From: Phallusia mammillata
Lineage: Eukaryota
Assembly (NCBI GenBank): GCA_965637545.1
Contig: OZ281495.1
Coordinates: forward strand, 28,396,001 to 28,460,000
Direction of reading: 5' to 3'
DNA length: 64,000 nt
Each line of letters opens with the position of its first letter. Position 1 is the first letter of the stretch. The notes under the pieces were generated by a model. It was not told where the DNA came from. It searched no databases and was given only the letters and a program-made list of their open reading frames with translations. Position numbers and translations under genes: made by a program. Shown here piece by piece: positions 15,197 to 27,300 of this stretch.

Positions 15197-15710
15197 ATGC
15201 ACAATCTGGGGTAGGAACTTGGCCGAATGGTCTGGCGCGCCTGACCCACATACAGACATAAAAAAAAACCTTAATCGGGATTCGTCCCCGGGAGTGTCCT
15301 GGGTTCGAACCCCGTGAAAAAAAAAATGCACAATCTAGGGCAGGAACTTGGCCGAACGGTCTGGCGCGCCTGACCCATATACAGACATAAAAAACCTGAT
15401 CGGGATTCGTCCCCGGGAGAGTCCTGGGTTCGAACCCCGTGAAAAAAAAATGCACAATCTAGGGCAGGAACTTGGCCGAATGGTCCGGCGCGCCTGACCC
15501 ATGTACAAACATAAAAAAACGACCGGGCTTCGTCCCTGGGAGTGTCCTGGGTTCGAACCCCATGAAAAAAAACATGCAGAATCTTCGGGCAGGAACTTGG
15601 CCGAATGGTCCGGCGCGCCTGATCCATACACAGACATAAAAAAACCATCGGGCTTCGTCCCCGGGAGTGTCTTGGGTTCGAACCCCATGAAAAAAAACGC
15701 ATAATCTCCT
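15197..15710 (+). repeat. Head-to-tail array of 4 tRNA-derived units (about 124-129 bp), each with Pol III A and B boxes and a short poly(A) end
   Basis: Units start at about 15197, 15326, 15450 and 15574. Each has TGGCCGAAYGG (A box) and GGGTTCGAACCCC (B box) and ends in a short A run. Confidence 0.85.
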
Positions 15711-15986
15711 GTGTAGCTGCTTTTTGATGCAAGTTTCTTTTTACACTTCTGCTTATGAAAACAGCAGAAAAGAAAAAATATGCATTAGTTTTAGTTTTTT
15801 TTTTCGAGCTGAACTATACACCTTAGCTTTGTAAATAGGAAAGGAAATGGCATGCGGAGTTTTCTTAATTATTCCTTTTCGATGTTCCATAACACGCTCG
15901 GCAGGCGAACTGACTTGCTGTGAACTTCAAAACCATGTTTACAAACCATTGGGGAATGAATTATTTAAAACATAAAAGCCTTAGAT

Positions 15987-16409
15987 ACGCCAGGCCCATT
16001 GAAGGCGCTATACCGAATCAGCCGGTCACCAAGCATTCACCACCATATGGCAAGGCGTAGGCTAGAAAAATCTAGCCTGCGGTGGGATTCGAACCCACGA
16101 CAGGAGTCTTTCCGTTCGGCGAACGGTGCTTGTGATTCGACTTTCGGCGGATTCTCCACTGGCCCTGTGTAGCTCAGTTGGTAGAGAGCGAGTCCCGGAA
16201 AGACTCCTGTCGTGGGTTCGAATCCCACCGCAGGCTAGATTTTTCTAGCCTACGCCTTGCCATATGGTGGTGAATGCTTGGTGACCGGCTGATTCGGTAT
16301 AGCGCCTTCAATGGGCCTGGTGTACTGTGATTTATAAATGAGTGTGCTGTGATCGCTGGTCTGCATAGACGCTTCAGGGCTGATCCCAGTTATGAATTTA
16401 TGTTCATCT
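15987..16409 (+). mobile_element. tRNA-derived SINE insertion with 5' inverted duplication, flanked by a 14-bp TSD
   Basis: Direct repeat taaaagccttagat at 15973-15986 and 16410-16423. tRNA-like head at 16162-16235 (TAGCTCAGTTGGTAGAG A box, GGGTTCGAATCCC B box). Perfect inverted arms at 15990-16114 and 16196-16320. Confidence 0.85.
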
Positions 16410-18754
16410 TAAAAGCCTTAGATTGAATTATCCGATTTGTCACGCATCACACAGCAAAAAGTATGTCATCGTACTTAAAAAGCAAAATGCTTTTATGTCG
16501 GGAGCTTAATTGGGTAAAGCTTTGCATTGATTTGACATGTCTCAGTACTAATACCCTTTCGTCTGTCCATTATCTTTTAATTGTGGATTAACGTCTTAAA
16601 AAGATGCTGCAAATAAAAAAGTCTCTAGAATACAAATCTCTGTGTGAAATAGATTCTTCGATTGGGTTATCAGATTGTACAAGGTATATACCATAGAAAG
16701 AGCTGTAACTAGGACAGACTTTGAGTGGAACGGGCTTGTTTCGGGTCTAATTTTACATTCGGCTTCAATTTACCAACTTTTGTGCCTACTTCGGCTATGC
16801 ATTTTCTACAAAACAAGTTAGGGTTTAGTTACTACTCTGAACTGTGTAATGTTCTTAATGATCGTTTAGTAAGTGTTAAAGGATAGTATGGAATTTTGTA
16901 TGTTTAAGCAAGAACCTAATAGCATTATACCAATATTAAAAATAATATATTGAAGAAAATACGAAAAGACTTACCAAGTCGTCATCAATTTGAATGTGCT
17001 TTCGTCTTGTCAAAATGATTGATTCAAAAACTCGGTCATAGCATTCTAGGTCAGTTCACACGTGTAATTACTGGCACCACGCGTCTCTGCAGAAGTAATT
17101 GAACTTCAGCGATTGACCAATTGCTTGTATTCGGATGTTGTTCATGCTGCATTTCGCTCCTAGCGTGTGTGGCGATTGGCATACAACAAACCACTGCCAC
17201 ATTCGGTTTTCTGTCAACTGGGAGCGTGTAGACTGTTAGTTTTTGTACAAAGCTTGTTTTTTGTGTGCGAGACCTAGGCTACCGTAAGTTTTAAGAGACC
17301 TAGTTTACTGTAAGTTTCGAAAATGCGATCTGCGCAGGTAAATTTAAATGTAAAATGGTCGATGAGCATAAGGTTCGTGTCCCTTGTCAGTTGGGTCGTC
17401 GCCATTTCACACTGCGTGAGAACTATTACTCGCTGCGTTGAATAAGTGCAATCAAATTAAGGTGAAGCTATTTTGGGGCACAGAAAGTTCAGATAAAGTG
17501 GAATGTGCATATATCTGAACCAGTATTCACTTTTCTTAATTGTTTCACCTTTTAACTGTTGAAGAGTATTTGTTTTGGCCTGAGTAGTAATTATACTCTG
17601 AATGAATAGAAAGGAATGGAGTATGTGTCCAACTTTTAAACGGTTTACAAATCTTTTGAAACAGTAAAGGCAACGAGAAACAGATGAAAATAAAGCGATT
17701 TCTCATGATTCATATTAAAAACGTCCTTTACATAATTGCTTGGGTTTGAGCGCTTTTAGCTTTTGTTCAATTTAATCAGACCAACTATTTGCAGCGTTTA
17801 GTAAACTACTAATAAAGGAATTTTTGATGGTTATTACTCAGTAATTACCCATTCTTTGCTCACACCTCCTTTGGTAATCTTACTTATGATTTGCGTTGAG
17901 GTTAAAGCATAAGACTCAGATCTGTCTCATTATTTGACGGCGTTTCGTTGTGACGATATATATACATGTACACATAATGCATAAAATACAACGTTATTTT
18001 ATTACTCCAATTGTTCAAGTTTGCACCAATGACAATCTATGTGTCATTATATTGCAAAACATGTTTCTGAATTGGGTGTGAAAATTACAGTCATTTACAA
18101 TTTCCTTTAGGTTTCATCATTCATTATTTCGTTTAAAATAAAGCCCTAAATAAAAGAATGATTGACTATTAATAGAAACCTGACTCAAATAGTTCAGTAC
18201 TTGACACTCACTGGTTGGTAACCATTTTATGATTAATCACTTGGGATTGTGCAGTGGCCTAATGTTTTGTAGATCTACATTTTAAACGGCAACGTCAGAA
18301 GTATCAGGCAGCGATGGTCGTATTTTTGTTGTTATCAATTTGTTTTATTTTAAGTTGAATATTTAGGTAGGCTAAAATAGCACATTTTGACCCATTTGTT
18401 GTCATCGGTTTAGTTATTGTTGACGTTAGGGTTACTGAGGATGGCAACATGACGCTGCTTACGGGAAACCGGATAATATAAAAACAAAAACAAACGATTG
18501 GCGCCGCCGTTGTGCTGAACGCAAACGGAGGTCCTTTGTAATGATGAACTAAGTAGTGAGTCTGGTTCCATTGTATTAAAACTACAAGGAATTGCATGGT
18601 CCGAGGTAAACAAGGTCTCTTAGTTGTCCATGTATTTTCAAAAAGCTTTTGATTAGCAACTTAGAATACGCAAGGTCACGTATTTTGACAGGAAATTAAT
18701 GTTAAAGAAGAAACAGAGTACTTAGGAACACTATACACGGACTTAAAAAGTAAT

Positions 18755-18893
18755 TTAATCATAAACATTACTGCCAAGGCACTGGTGTATACAGAATACA
18801 TCGTTGCACTGATTATGACAACAGAGATTGTCGAAACGTCTGAACGATGTATTCTGAATACACCAGTACCTTGGCAGTGATGATTATGATTAA
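18755..18893. other. Long imperfect hairpin (51-bp stem); candidate hairpin RNA or small foldback element
   Basis: 18755-18805 is the reverse complement of 18843-18893 with 4 differences. The 37-nt loop contains a gacaa/ttgtc mini-stem. Confidence 0.75.
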
Positions 18894-21800
18894 GAAACAG
18901 AGTAAGATTGGAAATTTTAACAAGTTTCTGCTGATACGTTAAGATCAAGGAAAAATGTAATGCTAGTGTTCAAAAGCCACACTTTGGGCGAAAAATAGGC
19001 AAATGTACGATAAGGTGCAAAAGGCGCTGTACTCTATTATTGCTGCTCGAATAAAAAAGCAACCCTAATCTGCTCATGCAGTCAGCAAAAATGTCCACGC
19101 TTAACAAAGCTTAATTGATTTCGTGACAGTACCAGTTGGTCTTAATTAAAACTTATTGTTGATAGCTGCCAAAATATAGATCGAGAGATAATTAGTGCGA
19201 GGTGCCTGCAAATGGTAATAGACGTCTAGAGCGTTTGACTAATGGCACAAAATCAATTTTAATCTCATTTTGAACGATGCGTAATAAAATATTACTATTT
19301 TTTTAGAGATTATATTATGCAGATTAACTAATAAACCACTATAGTTGCTTGTTATGAACATTGTTAGGTAATAAACTAAAATCTGGCCGATAAAGGTTTC
19401 GCATATCCTATTAGTGAGTCTTAGTCATCTTTTTCGTGAAATATTGGTTAAACATTATATAAGCTGCTGCTGCCAGGCATACTACAATTGCCAAAAGAGG
19501 TGTGTAAATTTGATTTGGTTTGAGCAAGTTTAGCTTTTTACACGTTTTGACAACAGTAGGATTCAAGTTTAGAACAAGATGTCCGTATTTAGAAATGTGC
19601 TACAGGACCAAACTGCTGATTAAACAGCTTCCAAAATCAAACTTTTTTTCCCAATCAACTTTTGTGTTCAATGTGTAAAAGTTCGTTTGTGATACAATAA
19701 TGTAAACTGCATCTTGCTTTAAACATTCTTCCAGTAGCGAGGTTTGAACTGACAATCGTCGTACTTCGTGTTGATAAAACACTTATCCGCCAGCAGAGCT
19801 CAGGCGCCGAAGGCTATGTGACGTCCGTAAACGAGACAATGCTATACGTTTATGACGTGTCACCTGGAAACACGTGGTCGATTTGCCTTAATTGTCAATC
19901 AAATCAGTACAATTTGGGCGGTAAATTGCGATCATCAATTTGCCAAATGCCTGCCTCTGGATGCTACTGTAGTATGTGGTTAACCACATTGATCAGGTAT
20001 AATACAAATTTAGACGGGTTCTGACCATTTATGGTGCTAATAAGTAAAATTTATTGCAACCGCATTTAAGCACGTCATGACACGACCTGTGTGTTGCACG
20101 TTTGGGAAAATGACTTGCGTTTTTGCCAAAAGTTAATTGGAACATGTAATGGTTACAAACTTAGCAGTTAAGTTCAATACTGAACAAACTGCGTAAGTTT
20201 ACAGACAAATTGATCTAAAAGAGGGCCTTTTTTATTTAAAGCCCAAAATTGTCCCGAAAGTTATCAGAGTAAAATTGTGCATCCATGTTTAACATCCCCT
20301 CTCGTTCAGAGAAAACGCATTTGAATTGTAAACTGTACATGATCTTACTACACATAGACGAATTTTACCAACTTAAAGAATAACAAAAAAAACTTAAACT
20401 CCTTTGTTTTAAAATGAAAGTGTCACAACAATTGTGCTCAATTCCACACGTCATGTAAAGACCTGGAAGGGTTCCTTACTCTCAACCAGGCACGTTGACG
20501 CAATTATTTTGTTGTCTTTACATTTCTAATTAGTCCCGATACGCGTCATGACGTAACGTGGCTATTCGTTTCAAAACCACATTGCACTGATTTGATAATT
20601 CGTGTTAAATTAGCCTAGCTTTGTTCCTCTAGCCAGGCCCAGCAGATGAAAGGCGATGTTTACAATAGGGAGTGATTCGCAACGGGCTGCTATTTGGGCA
20701 GTGGCTGTGGTCTAGACAGCCGTCAAGGTATAATGGGCCCGACCCACCTTTATAACTGCATGGCGTTGGCTGTTACAGTTGCCAGATTGAGATGTGACAG
20801 AGTGAGTAGGCTGTGTGAGACTTGATGCTTTCATTAAGTGACACACAAGCGGTTCTGACTGTGAGTTAAGTAAACCAGGTCGGGTATAGTAAAATGCAAA
20901 CGTGTCACATTTGACAGTATCCCTAAATCAAAATGACATGCGATTTAAAGTGACAGCAAATGTAAAGCCTGGGCCCTGGGACTTCCCTAGCAATGCAGAT
21001 TTCAATTAGGCTTGCGTATTACAGATTTTTATTACATGGTTTATGAAGACACAGGTGTGCTTATCAGATAAACTTCGATTTCGCGTGAAGTAGATAAAAG
21101 TAATTAGCCTTTCAAGCATACATAGGGTGCATTAAATTTTAAACATTTACATGAATTTCGGCATTGCTGTAACGTTATACGGTCTAACATATTCACACAT
21201 ACTACTATTCACTACATTGCTTTGTGCACCATGTATAATTTGTTATGTACAAAGCAAGAAATCACCAAGCAAGGAAGCCAACAATATAATGTGTGCGCTA
21301 TGCCTTTTCGAGAAACATGTCGCTGACTTCCTTGAGTGGTTTCACCTTTCAGTCAGTTCGCTGCCTAAGAAATTTCCCAGCGCTCTGATTTACTGCGAAA
21401 AATAACCTAACTAAGGCACAGAACGGAAACTGATATACATGACATATCGCAATGTGCAGCTCGGCCTTTTTTGTAATGTGTGATGCCTTTCGAAAATCTT
21501 CTGGCTCAGTAGCAAGACATTTAGTAAATGCTAGGTGTTAAGGCTAAAACCTTAAAATGGCTTCATAAAAGTCAAAATTGCAGGATGAAATGTCGTTTAT
21601 GCTCGGGTCAGCTTTGCATACACACCTAAACTGGCAAGCATAAAATAGCCGAGAAACAACGAATTTGGCTAATGGCAAGTAGTTTTGGTGGAGTGTAAAA
21701 CAAGTTGTATTTAGGCATAAAAAGATGTTTTGTCATAAGTGACGGGTAATGTGTTTGCAAACATTTGTCAAAGTCATTAAACTAGTAAATTGCCTTCCAC

Positions 21801-24351
21801 TCTTTTTGATTTGAGGTTTATCATCGCTAAATTCACAGGCATATGGCTTTAGGTACTGCCATACATCTGTCATAAAAACTCTCATGCAGGCGTTTAACGT
21901 TTTTCTCCTTAAAAAATAGTAGCTACTGGCTATATAGTATAGTTGTAAAAGCGACACGATTGGTTCTCTAATACGTATGTTTATCATAAGGGTGTTTATA
22001 AGCAAAACCGTTTAATGTTGACTTCTTTGAAGGCCAGATTGGTTATGCGTGTACCGAATTAAATTTAAAAATGCATTTAATTATGCCACTAAAGAAAAAC
22101 TAAAATGAGCATGTTTAGTGCCCGTTGGGTTTACGCATTGTAATTGCACATTCCTTTTTACATTAGATTAGACTAGAGCGTGCTGTTCTAACCATCTAAT
22201 TGGGTTAGGTTACATTGACATCCTTCGCTGCAATTCCCTGAAATATGGTTGGTAGTAAACAACGCACTACGCTGACTGTATACATGTGTAATATGTAACC
22301 TCACGTCGAACTTCCGTTCAAGCAACAAAACAAGCTATAATTAAACTCCGCACCGTTAGCAGTATTAATCACGACAATACGTCATCATAGGAGAGTCGAG
22401 CGGCGAAATTCCGGTTACCGGATGAAAGTAGTCAACAAACTGACCACTAAAAGATATTAAACGAATTTATTGCAGTTTTTACCCAATGTGTCATAAAGGT
22501 TTGATTCTAGGCATTCTCTTTTTTCGGATGCATCATAGATTGACATCAAAGTAGTCACAATCACACCGAATGCATATGAATGTGTTTGTAAGTACTATGT
22601 ATGAAATACATATGACACTGATTCATTGAATGATATGTACATTTGCAATCCGAATTATAGAGCAACAATTTTATAGCAAAACTACGAACATTGCTATTCT
22701 GCAGCAAGTCCATAGGAAACGAACTTAAATAGCTTTGGTCTTACTCGGAAAAGGCTTGGATCAGCCATCGCGCTTTTAGGGGTTACGTCATAGGATTTGT
22801 GCCTTTTTGGTCTATTATCTTCGACGTCTGTAGAACCAGGCTGTCTTGTGGTGATTCAGGCGAACCCAGATGCATTGTGACGTCACATTGGGTTGGCATT
22901 CTATGAAAAGTCAGGTGTGATTTGGCTGAACTACAACGCCTTGTGCGTTGAAATTGCACCACGTGGTATAGGAGACTGTTTGTCAAGTGATTTAGAGTGG
23001 CGGTATCTGCAGTTTGAAGGTTGTGTGATAAACCTGGTGTTATCAGGAACGTGGCTTTACAAAGGCAAACTCAAACGCTGTATCACCACCGTTGCCATAC
23101 CAATGTCACGATACAGGCGTGGTAAATGACGTTGGAAAAGATGTTATGTCGAGACATCTAAATGTGTATGTCCGCACGTTTATTTGTTTCAGCATTGTTG
23201 ACATTTTCTTTCAATCTAACAGCTTTTGGTCATGACGGCAATCAAATGTGCTGCATTTTAATGTAAAATATACAACCAGTGGCCTTTTCCTACTGCAGTA
23301 AGTTCATATAATGTGAAGCTGCCTTTAGTGTTGACTTTGTTTTTGCTAACCTAAGTCTAAATGGAGTAATGGATTGTTGAATTCTATTGCCCTTTCTTGT
23401 GTTTCAATCTCCTTGTGGCATTCATCAACTCTTGCGGAAGTCTTCATTGTAACCTACCCGTCTAGCCCTCAAGGTGATTAGCAGTTCACAGGACAGAAGT
23501 AGAAAACGAGAAATTCACGGAAGAAGTTGTTTAGTCAGTGTGGACCAGGAAACTGGCAGATAATGTGTTGCAAGGTGACTGTAAGGGCACACTGGCAAAG
23601 CTTTAAATACAGTTATGTATTTTGCAAGCATTGCCAGACCAGGTTTAGGTAACGGATGGAGTTAGTTCTTGTGGCCTGCTTAAGATGTTAACAGTACGGA
23701 ATGGACAAATGCATGTTTTATTTGTGTGATAAGAAGTAAGAAAATTTATACATCATTTAGATGGCACTTTGTCAAAGCCTTTTCAGAGAAACGTTTAAGT
23801 GATCGGGGCCCTTAAAACGCGTTTAATTATGCATTAAGCTCTTTTAAGCCCTAAGACATTGCATTTGATTTTTAATGCAATGTATTTTAAAGATGTTGTA
23901 AAACTTTTGCTGTTGTCAAGTATTGGTGAATTAAAGTTACGTTACAATTTAGTTTTGTTATATGCTTAATGCGTTAACTCAGAAAAGGCACCTTTACCCG
24001 TTTTAAACAGTGCTCTATTATTAGCAACTAGTGTTCTGACTGGACAAAATGGAAGGATATGAGATTCTGAAACATTGCACGATTACAATATTGCCCGTTA
24101 AAAGCGTCTGGCCAAAATCGTGGAATTGCCGCAAAGAGTTTTTTTGAGTTTTATACGTGGGTTTAGTCTACGAGCACATTGACCTTATATGCGTGTGTAC
24201 AACAGATTGGCTCCAACTGAACTGTTATTTAACCCTGTCGCATTAATTGTAAGGTGTGCTTATGCATGTCTGATGCATAATAAGGGTCCATTGCTAAACT
24301 CATTGTATGTTTTATTTAATGGCTTGCAGAAACTAAATAGTAAGAGTAAAA

Positions 24352-27300
24352 ATGTCAACGCTTTTATTCAATATTACCGTTGCTACGTTGACGACCCTTG
24401 ATGAACATCATGATGAATTAGAAACTCACGGGCATCACGATCACAGTCACGATCACCACTGGGAGGATCGGAGCCAGGCCGAAATCGGAATTGAAGTTTT
24501 CTTCCTTGCCCTGATTGCAATTGTTGGCACTTTTGGAAATCTCATTTTAATTCTTTCGATCGTGATACTAAAGAGAGTTCACAAGAATGGAAACATATTC
24601 CTTGTGAATCTAGCAGCAGCGGATATGTTGGTAAGTTTTGTTAACTGTTAACATTTACAACTACTCGCACTTCGTGTAAAGACCGCAGCACCCAAGAAGT
24701 GACTTGTTTGTTAAACTCAAGTTTAGTAATAGCGGGATTCAGTTAATGTGACAATATATTGTAAAACAATTAAAATTCTGTACCAGCTGGCGAAAGAGAT
24801 GACTTTCGCTTTGACCAACGCCATTATGAAACAATTAGTTAATTAACGCAGCCTAAACGCCAAACCTACGTTTAATTGCCCATTAAAGGCCCATTTCCTT
24901 ATGTCAACAGTTAAGGAGTATGACAGTTGAAACGTTAGGACACCTGCGAGAAATTACATTACCAACATAACGATTTTAATCCTTTCAGGTCTCGTGTGTC
25001 TGTGTGCCAATTGTAGCCGCCAACGCCGCTTTGGGAATGAATGTACTTCCCGAAATCGGCTGTACCATCATGGGATATTTGACCATCGTGTGTTGGGCAA
25101 ACTCCTTGTCAAACTTGGCGTTTATAGCAGCAAATAGGTAAGCTGTGGTTCAAAGGTGTTTAAAAATATCTAAAAAGGTTATTGGAATACACAAGGATAC
25201 ATTATCTTAATATTTCTCTAATCCACATTGGGTTGTTGTATTTGTTTGCATGGACATACTGCATAACGGCAGAAAAATTGATGCATAGTGCATATTGCTT
25301 AGGTACAGCATGGACATATGCGTGGGTGCAACTCCATAGCCCACATATATAAGTAAACGTCGCGCTGTTTCTGAGTAAAAACACGGGCTTGTATCCCCCA
25401 TTGCGATGTGTTGACGACTGCAGATCAATGTATGTTTAATGTAGGTAAATCGATCGATTGCTCATTGGTATTAATGACGGCTTTAATTAGAAACTATTTT
25501 AAAGTAGAAGGGTCAGCGCAAAACAAAATACCAAACAAATTCACCTACTTTTCGGTTTGAAGACATTTAGTGGCATATACAGTTTTAGTAGTCGCTTGCC
25601 TGTAAAAGTAGATATGAACCCGCATGCCACAAGATTACAATTACATTAATTCTTGCCAGGACCGCCAATTAATCATCTGGTGACAAACTCTTTTATAACA
25701 AACATTAGTGGAGTTTGCATGCCCGAATTTGTCTTATGATTTAAACGATATGTGCCATCATATATTTAAACGATATGTGCCATCATATGGGCATCAATTT
25801 TTTTGGAATCAAAACTATGGATGTAGTTGGAATTCTTTTATAACGGGAAATTTTTTTTTTAACGAAAACATTGTTTATTGTTTATTGAGTAATGCGCGCG
25901 GTTTATATGCAAACGAGCACGTATTGGCAAAAACTTGTCCATTAGTGTTGTTATTCCGACGTTAATGAATGTGTTTGCGTTGTTGATGAGAAACTTAAAC
26001 GAACTCAGTTGACTTTTGCGCGAGTAGCCACATTTGGTAGGGAATTTATTCTTTGTCTTTTTGTAACTATGCTATAAAAAAGATAAAAATTTTACAATTA
26101 TTAGGTTTTCGCAAAATACCCTTTTTTTTATTTAAGTATTTGCGTAAAATTTACTATTATGAACTACCCACTATGGCCATTATGAATTGGCTACTGTGGC
26201 CAATTTCAAACTACATGCAACCGATTTGGTTAGAGTGTGAATTGTTATTTTTGATTGCCTAAATCTCAGGCAGTTTAATTAGCTTGCCTTTAACTTTTAT
26301 TCTATGAAATCCAATCACAATTTTCTGCTAATCCGTAATGTATGGTTGGAAATGTCACGGATTTTCCCACTGTTTTTGTCCAAAATCCTATAAATAGCGG
26401 GTCAAAGGTTAATTCGCATGCATATTTTATCTTCGTGTTGCGGACATCCTATGTCTACGACCATGTTTGGTACATAATACATACTCGTACTGATATGCGG
26501 CCCCCGATTGACTTTCTTTTGTCGTTTAAAGACTTCGTGACTATGATTTTTTCTTGTGTCGTAATGGCATTATGGTGTGTGTAATGCAACGAAAATACAA
26601 CGTTACGCGGTCTTAAACTCAGTTGTCCTTCAAAACACCATCGGTATAAAATAGCCAAGTTAACTCACGTGCCTTTAATAACAGATGAAAGGATGCATTA
26701 TACGATCTTAAATTAAGTGGTATAATTAATCTTTGCACTGGCTATAGAAAGAAGTGAAAATTACAACGGTGTTTTAACACCGCATATTTAAATTCTTAGC
26801 ATTGAAAATAAACAAACTTTGTCAGCCAAAATGCATAGACAGTATTAGTGCAATAAATGTGTTTTTTATTTTGCCGACATTAGCATAGCTTTCTATATTT
26901 AAATGTGATTTGTCATGCATTGAAACTTTATGTTGACGCAATAACAAGTGCCACTGTGCAATGGCCGCCGCATTACTAACTAAAGCGATGACGAAATGTT
27001 TTTGCGTGATGTTATAACACACTGCTTTTGAGCTAATTCATACGCTCTTTATACCCTACTCGTTTCGTCACACTGATTTTTATGATCTCCATAGATACTG
27101 GGCAGTTGTCCACTACGAGTCACACAGCCGATATTTCTCAAAGAAACGAACAATCGCCATGGTCTTGGTCACTTGGCTTTGGGCAAACCTTCTTATTATG
27201 CCCGTTCTGACTGGCTGGAGCAAACTGGAGTAAGTTTTTCGAAAACTATTATTTTGAAACAACAACCTACCAACTAAGTATAACATGACAGACTCTTATA

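Noticed and set aside
15147-15732. Four overlapping ORFs of 67-153 aa
   Set aside because: They are by-products of the tRNA-like tandem repeat.
16162-16235. Functional tRNA gene (apparent anticodon GGA)
   Set aside because: C rather than U at position 33, bulged acceptor stem, no long variable arm expected for Ser, and it is embedded in a TSD-flanked SINE with a second diverged copy.
18304-18948. Hydrophobic minus-strand ORFs as a decayed intronless GPCR
   Set aside because: Stops interrupt the frame, no diagnostic motifs are present, and part of the openness is explained by the hairpin.
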